Below are positions 28,221 to 36,642 of a stretch of DNA of 63,073 nt, piece by piece (the first letter of the stretch is position 1; each line of letters starts with the position of its first letter). Under the pieces are notes generated by a model. That model worked only from the letters and a program-made list of their open reading frames with translations, was not told the origin of the DNA and made no database searches. The position numbers and the translations under genes are program-made. The stretch is from NCBI GenBank assembly GCA_050015075.1, contig JBEKCB010000031.1:1-63073 (forward strand), written 5' to 3'. The stretch comes from Candidatus Brocadiia bacterium. GTDB taxonomy: Bacteria; Planctomycetota; Brocadiia; CAIUPP01.

Positions 28221-29489
28221 TCAAGGCGCGCGCCGGTGTCCATCCGAATCTTCGGCGCGATCGGCGTTCGGAGGCAGGCTTCTGGCCTGCCGCAACGCCT
28301 CGTCGCCGAACCGGCCGCGGGCGCGGTCTATGGCCTGGCTGAGCCGCTTTTGTTTCTCGGACCGGGGATTTTCCCGGGGCTTGTCGAACAGCGTGCGCTG
28401 CTTCGGCCCGGGCGGCTCGAAGCCGGAGACGCTCACGCCGATGAGACGGACCTTCTTCCCCTGGCGCGCGATGCGCTCGAAGTTCGCCCAGGCGACGGCA
28501 TAGATCGCCGGGGCGAAATCCACCGGTTCCTCCACCGTCTTCGCGCGGGTGTACGTGAGAAAGCCTTCCAGGCGAATCTTGGTCGTGATGGTGCGGCCCT
28601 GCCTCGGACGCGCTCCTTTTCGTCGCGCGGCAGTCTCCGCTCCGCGCAGCCGCGCGGCGACGCTTTCGCAAAGCTGCATCAGCGTGGACATGAGCAGTTT
28701 TTCGTCGCCGGTGTCCTCCTCGAAGGTGCACTCGTTGCCGATGGACTTCACATCCTCCGTCGCATCCACGGGCCGGTCGTCCATGCCGTGCGCATGCTCC
28801 CAGAGTTCCTGCCCCATCTTGCCGAACTCGCGAGTCAATTCGGCCGGGTCGCACTCGGCGATATCGCCGACGGTGGCGAAACCTTTGCGGGCCAGGATTT
28901 CTTTCGTCTTCTCACCGACGCCCCAAAGGCGGCCCATCGGCAGCGGGCGCAGGAAGGATTCGGCCTGGCCCGGCTCGACGATGACGATCCCGCGCGGCTT
29001 CTTCCTGTCGGAGGCGATCTTGGCCACCATCTTGTTCGGCGCGATGCCGATGGAGGCGGTCAGTTGCGTTTCCTCCGTAATGCGCTGCTGAATCCGCTCC
29101 GCCAGCGCGCGCTTCGAGCCGAAGAGATGCAGCGAGCGGGTGACATCGAGAAAGCATTCGTCCAGCCCCGTCTGTTCGATGTCCGGCGTGAATTCCTCCA
29201 GCAGCTTGAGGACCCGGCGCGATGCCTCCTCGTACGCCTCCATGCGAGGCGGGACGAAACATCCCTGCGGGCAGAGCCGCCAAGCCTGGCTGATCGGCAT
29301 GGCGCTGTGGACGCCGAACTTGCGCGCCTCGTAGGAACAGGTGGCGGCGACGCCGCGCCCCTTGCCGCCCTTCGGGTCCGCGCCGACGATGACCGGCTTG
29401 CCGCGCAGTTCGGGATTGTCGCGCTGCTCGATGGCCGCGAAGAAGGCGTCCATGTCCACGTGGACGATCACCCGTTCGCCCGCGGCCAT
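28221..29489 (-). CDS. dinB: DNA polymerase IV
   Basis: HVDMDAFFAAIE, SYEARKFGVHSAM, GLDECFLD, AKIASD..KP, KSIGNECTF. Confidence 0.95.
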   Translation of the reverse strand: MAAGERVIVHVDMDAFFAAIEQRDNPELRGKPVIVGADPKGGKGRGVAATCSYEARKFGVHSAMPISQAWRLCPQGCFVPPRMEAYEEASRRVLKLLEEFTPDIEQTGLDECFLDVTRSLHLFGSKRALAERIQQRITEETQLTASIGIAPNKMVAKIASDRKKPRGIVIVEPGQAESFLRPLPMGRLWGVGEKTKEILARKGFATVGDIAECDPAELTREFGKMGQELWEHAHGMDDRPVDATEDVKSIGNECTFEEDTGDEKLLMSTLMQLCESVAARLRGAETAARRKGARPRQGRTITTKIRLEGFLTYTRAKTVEEPVDFAPAIYAVAWANFERIARQGKKVRLIGVSVSGFEPPGPKQRTLFDKPRENPRSEKQKRLSQAIDRARGRFGDEALRQARSLPPNADRAEDSDGHRRAP

Positions 29490-29581
29490 CGTTTTCTCCC
29501 GCGTCTTGCCATCGCGCCCCGGAACTCCCGTCTCACTTTACCGGACGCTGCAAGAGTTGACAAGCGCGGCGGCTGCCCCCG

Positions 29582-30310
29582 TCAACGTTGCGCAGAAGGA
29601 ATGATCTGCAGCACGAAGCAAACACAGTACTTCTCGGCAGCGCCGGGCTTCGGCCCGACCCTTACCAGCATCCCGTCCATGGAATTGCGAGGAAAGCGCA
29701 TCTTTATTACCTCACCATCCGGCAGAGTGATCGGCACGGTTTCCTGCCGCTCGACCTGGTCTTGCGTGAGCGGGACGGCAATCGTGTACTTCACAGGGTA
29801 AAGGAGACTCCGGCTGCTCATCCAGCCAAGGATTTTCTCCTCGACGGCATGCTTGACGCAATAGTGCCGCTCGACCATCCCTGCTTCGGTCTTGTCTGTG
29901 ACATGGATCGTCCCGGGACTATCACATAACCGGCACTTGCAGCCTGCTTCCGATTCCTTCCCCTGCGTTGGCACACGATATGGGCTTATGCGCATAGTGC
30001 TCTGCACGACGTTCGTCACCCAGCGCCTCTCCAGATATCTCCATCCCTGGCCCGGCCGCGCACTGTCCCTGATGTAGCGCACCAGCGCCGCCCAGTTCTT
30101 AAAACCGTACTCTTGGGCCAGCGCATGCTGCGCTTCTGCGAGGGTGACCTTGGCTTTCAGGATGTCCTGATCGGAGGAGGCGGCGAAGCGGCTGAGATGC
30201 CGCAGGACGCGGCAGGCCGAGACATCGCCCTGCTTGTGAGCTTTGAGCAGGTCCTTGGCTTGCTTGCGGAGCTGATCGAGGTTGGGGCGGTCAGGCAGCG
30301 AGAGGCTCAT
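29582..30310 (-). CDS. Mosaic protein: LPxRPNLxQLRKQAK N-terminal domain, Cys/His finger, DnaJ C-terminal-like segment
   Basis: SLPDRPNLDQLRKQAKDLL...AQHALAQEYGFKNW; CRLC...YCVKH; VPITLPDGEVIKMRFP..DGMLVRV. Confidence 0.6.
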   Translation of the reverse strand: MSLSLPDRPNLDQLRKQAKDLLKAHKQGDVSACRVLRHLSRFAASSDQDILKAKVTLAEAQHALAQEYGFKNWAALVRYIRDSARPGQGWRYLERRWVTNVVQSTMRISPYRVPTQGKESEAGCKCRLCDSPGTIHVTDKTEAGMVERHYCVKHAVEEKILGWMSSRSLLYPVKYTIAVPLTQDQVERQETVPITLPDGEVIKMRFPRNSMDGMLVRVGPKPGAAEKYCVCFVLQIIPSAQR

Positions 30311-30438
30311 GCGGCGCCTTCTTTCCACGTTCGCCCGCGGTCTGCAAGTTCAGGCGGAAAAGAAGGTTCGCCAGGTTTTCTCGCTCAGGTGGGCTCGGCC
30401 CTTTCCGCAGACCAGGAGGCGCCCCTTGCGCCGAGGCC

Positions 30439-30467
30439 ATGGTAATCCCGGTCGCGGCCGCTGTCAA
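30439..30467 (-). promoter_or_regulatory. Sigma70-type promoter defining a ~120 nt leader
   Basis: TTGACA-17 nt-TACCAT on the minus strand. Confidence 0.65.
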
Positions 30468-30502
30468 GAAAATAATTCGCGGCGCAGCCGTGGCCGAATT
30501 CA

Positions 30503-31807
30503 TCAGAAAGTGATCTGAAGCCGCAGCGTGCCCACCAGGGCGTTGGGATGCGCGCCGCCCGGGTGAACGATGTATTGGACGTCCGGCTGGATGAAAGCCC
30601 AGTGGGTCAACTGCCATTGATAGAACGTCTCCAGCGCGAGTTCATAGGGATGCGCCAGCCCGGCCTGGGAACTGATGTGCGCGTATTGAGGGCTGACGCC
30701 GATGATGTCGCCCGGCCGGGCGCCGATCGGCCCGGTCCAGGTGACGCCGCCGCCGAAATGACGGTCAATGGCGTTGATGTCTTCCTGCGTGCCTCCATAT
30801 TCGAGGAAGGTCCGCACGCCCCGGCCGTTGTCGGGCTCTCCTTGGGGCTGCCAGAGGGTCTGGTCCAGAATTGCGTAGCCGCCGTACGCGCCTTGCTGCT
30901 CCGAGCCGTCGAGGCGCGTGAACGTTCCGGAATGTTCCCAGGCGCCCGCCTTCAGATTGCCTCCCGCCGCGAATAAAGGCGCGGCATGCCATTTCAAGCC
31001 GGTCTCGCCGATCAGGAATGTGCCGCCCTCGGTGCGCTGAACACTGGCGGGATTGTCCGCCAACTCGCCGAATCGGTCCGAGCGGTTGGCATAATACGCG
31101 CCGAAACCGGCATACCAGAATTCATTGGGCGCAAAGAAGACATTGACTGAGGGCATCGGATCGGGCGTGGTGGGAAACACGAAGATCGTCGGGCTGACCT
31201 GGGCTGAACTATTGAGGAATGGCAGGCCGTTGTCAATGACGCTGAACTCGGTGTTGGCGTCCACCTTTCCGATCTTGATGCGAATCTTGTCATCCAGCAG
31301 CTTTTGTTGATACCAGATCTCGAAGATTTGCAGATACTGCGATGAGTTCTGCTTGTCGAACACCTGGAGATCGCCCACCAGGACGGTGGTCGGGTTTCTG
31401 CCGGCGTGGTCCTCGAGGTCCGCATAGAACTCTCCGCCGCGCCAGTGAAGCAGTTTGTCGGTGTCCACCGCCAGGTTAAAATCGGACGTGGCCGCCCCGA
31501 CGGCAGGAGCGGTGGCCAGGCCGCCCCGGAAGTTGTTGAACCCTTCCAGCGTGAGGGTGGCGCCGATGGTGATTCCGGCGTCCTGCAACCGCTGCCGCTG
31601 GCCCCACCAGCCGCCGGTCAGGTTATTCTCAAAGCCCGAGGCGGCCGGCGCGACATCCGGTTCCGCGGGGGCATCGAGAGGAAGCGGAGGATTATCCGGG
31701 GAACCGGGCGCGCCGGCCAGCGCCGTCGACCGCGGCATCAGCGATAGAAGGGACAGGATCGCGATACCGCCCGTCATGGCCGCCGACCGACGAGAAATCT
31801 TGCCCAT
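30503..31807 (-). CDS. oprB: Carbohydrate-selective porin, OprB family
   Basis: LTGGWWGQRQRLQDAGI, WYQQKL, KIGKVDANTEF, IQPDVQYIVHPGG, terminal Phe. Confidence 0.85.
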   Translation of the reverse strand: MGKISRRSAAMTGGIAILSLLSLMPRSTALAGAPGSPDNPPLPLDAPAEPDVAPAASGFENNLTGGWWGQRQRLQDAGITIGATLTLEGFNNFRGGLATAPAVGAATSDFNLAVDTDKLLHWRGGEFYADLEDHAGRNPTTVLVGDLQVFDKQNSSQYLQIFEIWYQQKLLDDKIRIKIGKVDANTEFSVIDNGLPFLNSSAQVSPTIFVFPTTPDPMPSVNVFFAPNEFWYAGFGAYYANRSDRFGELADNPASVQRTEGGTFLIGETGLKWHAAPLFAAGGNLKAGAWEHSGTFTRLDGSEQQGAYGGYAILDQTLWQPQGEPDNGRGVRTFLEYGGTQEDINAIDRHFGGGVTWTGPIGARPGDIIGVSPQYAHISSQAGLAHPYELALETFYQWQLTHWAFIQPDVQYIVHPGGAHPNALVGTLRLQITF

Positions 31808-31933
31808 GCGCCTGGCCTCTTCCCGCAGCGTCTTTGATCTCGAATTTCCTTATAATGGTTCGCGCAGGTCGCGGTCAATGCCCTTGGCGGGCGACGGACG
31901 CGAAGGCAGCGCGCGGGAGACCTGAAAAGCACA

Positions 31934-31960
31934 AGGCCCGCTGATCATCTCAGCGGGCCT
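31934..31960 (-). terminator. Probable terminator of the Rrf2-led operon
   Basis: Perfect 11-bp stem aggcccgctga / tcagcgggcct followed on the minus strand by tgtgcttttc. Confidence 0.6.
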
Positions 31961-31981
31961 CGCGGCGAAACGCGGCCTGAC

Positions 31982-32695
31982 TTAGCCGATCCACAAGCCT
32001 TCCACGCGGACCTGCAATGCAGTCGGCGTGCGATTCAGGTAATTCACCAGCCCGCTGTGCCGCCACTGCAGCATGCACATCGTCGGCTGAAAATAATAGC
32101 GCATCCCGATCCTGATGTCGCAGCGGGCGCGCTGGATCAACCCTTCGTATCCCTCGGCGATGTAATATCCCAGGTCTTTGAAGCCGTGCTGGCGCGGGCG
32201 CAGCGGGCCGGTCACGCACCACACGATTACGCCTGTGCGAGGGTCCACTTGCATGGCCACGCCGCAGTGCGTGATGGGGCAGCCGCACGACATCCCCAGC
32301 GGCCGGCCGATCAGCGTGTCGCCGGGCTGGATGTCCATCTCGCGCGTGATCAGCGGATTGTGCGGCAGGATGATCTCGCGCGGACCGGGTTCTTCGGGGA
32401 AGTGCTCCAGGTAGAAGTCGAACTCGCGGCCGAGGCTGTCTCGCCAGGCCGCCGAGGGCTCGCCGGTTGCGGCCGGGCCGTTGGCGCAAGCGCCACAGGA
32501 CGGAAGCGTGAGCGGCTCAGCCGTCGCCGCTCCCGCCGCAGCTTTCGGCTGCGTGGGAGAACGTTCGCTCGAGAGTTGAATGCAGCGCTTGATCAAGTCC
32601 GGCTCGCTGACCAGCCGATCGGCGAATGCCGAACAGGTGCGAAATCCGCACACTCCGCAATCCAGTCCCGGCAAATCCTTCACAGTCACGCTCAT
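31982..32695 (-). CDS. Putative Fe-S binding protein (FeS domain, COG2000-like)
   Basis: LPGLDCGVCGFRTC...C N-terminal FeS domain; CGAC; GRPLGMSCGCPITHC. Confidence 0.75.
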   Translation of the reverse strand: MSVTVKDLPGLDCGVCGFRTCSAFADRLVSEPDLIKRCIQLSSERSPTQPKAAAGAATAEPLTLPSCGACANGPAATGEPSAAWRDSLGREFDFYLEHFPEEPGPREIILPHNPLITREMDIQPGDTLIGRPLGMSCGCPITHCGVAMQVDPRTGVIVWCVTGPLRPRQHGFKDLGYYIAEGYEGLIQRARCDIRIGMRYYFQPTMCMLQWRHSGLVNYLNRTPTALQVRVEGLWIG

Positions 32696-32757
32696 GCTGT
32701 GCTCCTCTTTATCAACCGCACGCGTCCATGGAACCCGCGCCCTGGAAAATCCTTGCG

Positions 32758-33936
32758 CTATGCAGGCACAGGCACGCGGGTCATGGCAGGCCGCAATGCC
32801 GCCACGGCCTGCGGAAGAACTTGCAATAACCGCTCCACTTCCGCCTCGGTGGTGAAGCGGCCCAACGTCACGCGCAGCGAGCCGCGCGCCCGAACCGGGT
32901 CAAACCCCATCGCCAGCAAGACGTACGAGGGTTCACCCGCATGATGTGCGCTGCACGCGCTCCCCGTCGAGACCGCGATCTTCGCCTCGTCCAGCGCCAG
33001 GAGCAGCCGGATCGCTTCGCCTTCCTGCCCCGCGAACCCCAGGCAGATGTGCCCCGGCAACCGCTGAAACCGATGGCCGATGAGGTAAGCGTTGGGGATC
33101 AGGACGGTGACGGCTTCGATGATGCGGTCGCGCAGATTCACCAGCCGGGCCGCCTCGCCGGACATTTCTGCGCGGGCGATCTCGGCGGCCTTCCCCAGCC
33201 CGACGATGCCGGCCACGTTGTGAGTGGCGGAGCGCAAGCCGCCCTCCTGCCCGCCGCCGTGAACGAGCGGCTCCAGCCGGACGCCCTTGCGCACATAAAG
33301 CGCCCCGACGCCTTGCGGGCCGTGAAGTTTGTGCGCCGAAAGCGAGAGCAAGTCCAGCGGCTGAGCCTGCGCGTCCAGCGGCAATTTACCCGCGGCCTGC
33401 ACGGCGTCGGTGTGGAAGAGCGCGCCGTGCTCGTGCGCGATTCGCCCCAACTCGGTGATCGGCTGAAGCGTCCCGACGACGTTGTTCGCAGCCATGATCG
33501 AGACCAGCCGAGTGTTCGGACGCAGCGCGCCGACCAGCGCGGCCGGATCCACGATCCCATCCGCGCCCACAGGCAGATAAGTGGTTTCGACACCGCGCCG
33601 CCGGAGGTAGCGGCAGGTCTCCAGGATGGCCGGGTGCTCGATGGCGCTGGTGACGATGTGGCAGCCACGCTCGCCCAAGGTCTCGGCCGTACCGACGAGC
33701 GCCATGTTGTCGGCCTCGGTCCCGCTGGCGGTGAACACAATCTCGCCGGGCGCGGCGTGCAGCAAATGAGCAACCTGCCGGCGCGCGTGCTCCACCGCTT
33801 CGTTCGCCTGCCGCCCGGCCCAGTGCCAACTGGAGGCATTGCCGAATCGCTCGCCAAGCCAGGGCCGCATGGCCTGGGCGACGCGCGGGTCGAGCGGCGT
33901 CGTCGCGGCGTTGTCCAGGTAAACCCGTTCGGGCAT
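32758..33936 (-). CDS. iscS: Cysteine desulfurase, group I (IscS/NifS)
   Basis: YLDNAATT, FTASGTEADN, IEHPA, HTDAVQ, SAHKLHGPQG PLP lysine, STGSACS catalytic Cys. Confidence 0.92.
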   Translation of the reverse strand: MPERVYLDNAATTPLDPRVAQAMRPWLGERFGNASSWHWAGRQANEAVEHARRQVAHLLHAAPGEIVFTASGTEADNMALVGTAETLGERGCHIVTSAIEHPAILETCRYLRRRGVETTYLPVGADGIVDPAALVGALRPNTRLVSIMAANNVVGTLQPITELGRIAHEHGALFHTDAVQAAGKLPLDAQAQPLDLLSLSAHKLHGPQGVGALYVRKGVRLEPLVHGGGQEGGLRSATHNVAGIVGLGKAAEIARAEMSGEAARLVNLRDRIIEAVTVLIPNAYLIGHRFQRLPGHICLGFAGQEGEAIRLLLALDEAKIAVSTGSACSAHHAGEPSYVLLAMGFDPVRARGSLRVTLGRFTTEAEVERLLQVLPQAVAALRPAMTRVPVPA

Positions 33937-33937
33937 C

Positions 33938-34639
33938 TCACTCGCCCCGATAGAAAATCTGGTTTTCCAGCGGCCGCACCACGCCGAAGTGCGATTGCCA
34001 GCCGACTTCCTTTTTGCCCACGCAGATCGTGCAGGTGCCGACGGGCGGATTGCCGCGCAACAGCAGATGCTCGCCGGCGTCGGGCGTGGCGTGGACGTGC
34101 TCGACCAGCGGATCAATCCCGATGCCGTACAGCGCGTTCACCTCGCGGATCCGGACCGATGGCGCGACGTCCTGGATGCGGGCGCGGAACACTTCGCGTT
34201 CCGCCTGCGAGACGCGGTCTATTTTGGTGACGACGGCCACGTCGGCCAGCGAGAGCATCGGCCCGACCTTGAGCGGCAGGTTCATCCCGCTCGTCGCCTC
34301 CAGGACCACCATCCCCAGTCCGCCGTCCACGTAGGGCGAGCAGCGCAGGCACAGCCCGGCCGTCTCGACGAACAGCACGCCGCAGTCCGCTTTGCGCGCC
34401 CAGTTGAGCGCATCGCCCAGCACCATCACGTTGCAGTGGTCGGGGCACAGTTCGCCCGAATAGACCTTGCGCGTGGGGATGCCGAACTCCTCGGCGAGCT
34501 GTTCGTCCTCTTCGGCGAATTGCACGTCAATCTTGAGAAAGGCGGCGCGCAGGCCGCCCTGCAGGAGCTTGCGGATCATGTGCCGCAACACGGAGGTCTT
34601 GCCGGTCGTGGCCGGCCCGGCGCAGATGACGAGTTTCAT
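33938..34639 (-). CDS. HypB/UreG-like G3E GTPase, Cys-rich
   Basis: GPATTGKT, ETAG, TKID; LCPDHC, GLCLRCSP, CTIC. Confidence 0.8.
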   Translation of the reverse strand: MKLVICAGPATTGKTSVLRHMIRKLLQGGLRAAFLKIDVQFAEEDEQLAEEFGIPTRKVYSGELCPDHCNVMVLGDALNWARKADCGVLFVETAGLCLRCSPYVDGGLGMVVLEATSGMNLPLKVGPMLSLADVAVVTKIDRVSQAEREVFRARIQDVAPSVRIREVNALYGIGIDPLVEHVHATPDAGEHLLLRGNPPVGTCTICVGKKEVGWQSHFGVVRPLENQIFYRGE

Positions 34640-35421
34640 GCCCAACCCTCCATCTCGCGCGCCGTCAACCGCGCGCCGGACCGAATGGTGTTGCGCAAAC
34701 GGGAGAGCAGGTCGTCCAGGTGGCTCACCTTTACCGAGAACTCGCGCTCTTCCGCGTCGGTGTGCAGAACCTTGGTGACCGTGCCGCCCTGCATCACGAT
34801 GCGATAGTCCGAAAGCAGCGCGATGCGCGGATCGTGCGTGACGAAGATGAAGATCTTGCGGTACTCGCGGAGCAGCTCCAGCGCCCGCGTGCGATGGATG
34901 CCGGCGTTTTCCACCTCGTCCAGCAGCACGATGGGCGTGTTGCAGATGATCGTCGCGTCGGCGATGAGGAGCGCGCGCGTCTGGCCGCCGGAAAGCTCCG
35001 TCATGCGGCTGTCCACGAGGATCGGCTCGCCCGTTAACTGGTTGGCGAAGCCCAGCGTGCGCTCCAGCATCCCTTCGATTTGCGAGCCGGCGCTGCTGCG
35101 GATGCGCGCGTGGGTCATCAGGAATTCCCGGACCGGCAGGTCGGAGAGAAACGTCGTGTGCTGCGTAATCAGGGCGATGGGATTGCGGGCCGGGTCGTCG
35201 CGATACTCGGCGGGCGGCCGCACGCCGTTGATGAGGATGCGCCGGCCCGTCGGCGTGTTGGCGTCGGCGAACAGCTCGATGTCGTTGATGAGCGTGGTCT
35301 TGCCGGAGCCGGTCGGCCCGACGATGCTGACCACGTCGCCCATCCGCAGGTCAATGCGCTGCACGGCTTCCGGCTCGCCGGACTTGCCGTGGCCGCCGAG
35401 AATCGTAATGGCCTCGATCAC
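34636..35421 (-). CDS. Stand-alone ABC-type ATPase
   Basis: GPTGSGKT, LSGGQ, VLLDE, VTHD; no permease gene adjacent; ATGA-type overlap with the GTPase. Confidence 0.85.
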   Translation of the reverse strand: MIEAITILGGHGKSGEPEAVQRIDLRMGDVVSIVGPTGSGKTTLINDIELFADANTPTGRRILINGVRPPAEYRDDPARNPIALITQHTTFLSDLPVREFLMTHARIRSSAGSQIEGMLERTLGFANQLTGEPILVDSRMTELSGGQTRALLIADATIICNTPIVLLDEVENAGIHRTRALELLREYRKIFIFVTHDPRIALLSDYRIVMQGGTVTKVLHTDAEEREFSVKVSHLDDLLSRLRNTIRSGARLTAREMEGWA

Positions 35422-35474
35422 ATTAGTCTCCTTACCCGATGAGACGAGTCACATATCAAGCCCAAAAAAGCCGC

Positions 35475-35876
35475 CTAGGACACGTCGGCCAGCGTTGTGC
35501 TTTCCAGCTTATCCGCCACGTAATCGCGAATCTGCTTGAACACGCGGACAAGGCTCTCTTCCTTTTCGATCGGCGTGGACTCGTAAAAGTACTGGCTGAC
35601 CGACTCCGTCGGCGCGAGCGCTCCGTCGAACAGGCGGATGACTTCGGCCAGCGTGATTTTGTCGGCGTGCTTGGCCAGCCGATAGCCGCCGTGCTGCCCT
35701 TTGCAACTGCGCAGGTACTTCGCGCGCTTGAGAGCGAGCAGAATCTGCTCGAGGAATTTGCGCGGAATGTCCTGGGCCTGGGCGATCGTCTCGACCGAGA
35801 CAAAACCATCCGTGTTGTGGCGGCTCAGATAAACCAGAGCGAGCAGAGCGTATTCGCTGCGAAAGGTGAGTTTCAT
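35475..35876 (-). CDS. Rrf2 family transcriptional regulator lacking the IscR Cys triad
   Basis: SEYALLAL, IAQAQDIPRKFLEQIL, GQHGGYRLA, ITLAEVIRLFDG; no Cys in the C-terminal cluster region. Confidence 0.9.
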   Translation of the reverse strand: MKLTFRSEYALLALVYLSRHNTDGFVSVETIAQAQDIPRKFLEQILLALKRAKYLRSCKGQHGGYRLAKHADKITLAEVIRLFDGALAPTESVSQYFYESTPIEKEESLVRVFKQIRDYVADKLESTTLADVS

Positions 35877-35888
35877 CGCCGGTCTTTC

Positions 35889-35939
35889 TTATATGACTAA
35901 GCTGGTGGGAATTGTAGTATAAGAATGGCCGCCTGTCAA
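35889..35939 (-). promoter_or_regulatory. Sigma70 promoter plus candidate Rrf2 operator
   Basis: TTGACA-17 nt-TACAAT (35939-35911) followed by attcccaccagcttagtcatataa, resembling IscR-type sites. Confidence 0.6.
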
Positions 35940-35942
35940 GCA

Positions 35943-36608
35943 TTATTCCGCGGGTTTTTCGCGCAAACGATGGTGAACGGCGCCGGCGACAGTTCGTTTC
36001 CCGGCTGGGGTCAATCGTTCCGCCTCGGCGGGATAGGTGATCGTCGTGCCGCGAGCTTTGGCAAACGGCGTCAAAGTGTGAACCTGGCGGCGGGTGGGAC
36101 TCATGATATCCTCCACGCGGATTCCACGAACCAGCAAGGCATCCGCGATGAGCGAGCGATGACAGCGCCACGGCACCGCTTCGGCGCACATCAATGCGAT
36201 CCGGTCCCGGCCCGCCAACTGGATCAATTCATCGAGACTTTTCTTGAATTCCGGCGTCTGCATGTAATCCGCAAAACCTCGAAAAGAGGCATTTCGCCAG
36301 CCCGTGTTGGGCGAATCGCTTCGGGTGTGACGCAGTCCACCGAGTCCCGGCATGTGAATGTATTCCACGCCAGCCTTCTTCAACGAACTCGGCAGCGCAG
36401 TCTTATCAAACTGCGGGTTGTGCCGGGAGCGTGGCACCGTTCGCACGTCTGCGACAAGCGATATGGCGTGTGCCCGAAGCAGGCCGATGAAGTCCTCAAG
36501 CGTGCGCGTGGAATGCCCGATCGTCAGGACCATCGGCGAAGGTTCCGGCCTCGGCTTTCTCTTTTTTACACGAGCGGCTGGCCTGCCGTTGGACCTGGGC
36601 GCGCTCAT
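35943..36608 (-). CDS. DUF488 family protein; start uncertain
   Basis: LTIGHSTR, DVRTVPRSR, LGGLR, LMCAEAVPWRCHRSLIAD. Confidence 0.85.
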   Translation of the reverse strand: MSAPRSNGRPAARVKKRKPRPEPSPMVLTIGHSTRTLEDFIGLLRAHAISLVADVRTVPRSRHNPQFDKTALPSSLKKAGVEYIHMPGLGGLRHTRSDSPNTGWRNASFRGFADYMQTPEFKKSLDELIQLAGRDRIALMCAEAVPWRCHRSLIADALLVRGIRVEDIMSPTRRQVHTLTPFAKARGTTITYPAEAERLTPAGKRTVAGAVHHRLREKPAE

Positions 36609-36642
36609 TTTTCTGACGCTTTTTCGGATCACCGCCGCACCA

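Noticed and set aside
28596-28650. Short basic insert in DinB as another palindromic insertion
   Set aside because: No convincing inverted repeat or flanking duplication in the DNA
33938-34639. Naming the GTPase hypB or ureG
   Set aside because: No hydrogenase or urease maturation genes nearby and the Cys motifs differ; only the family is supported
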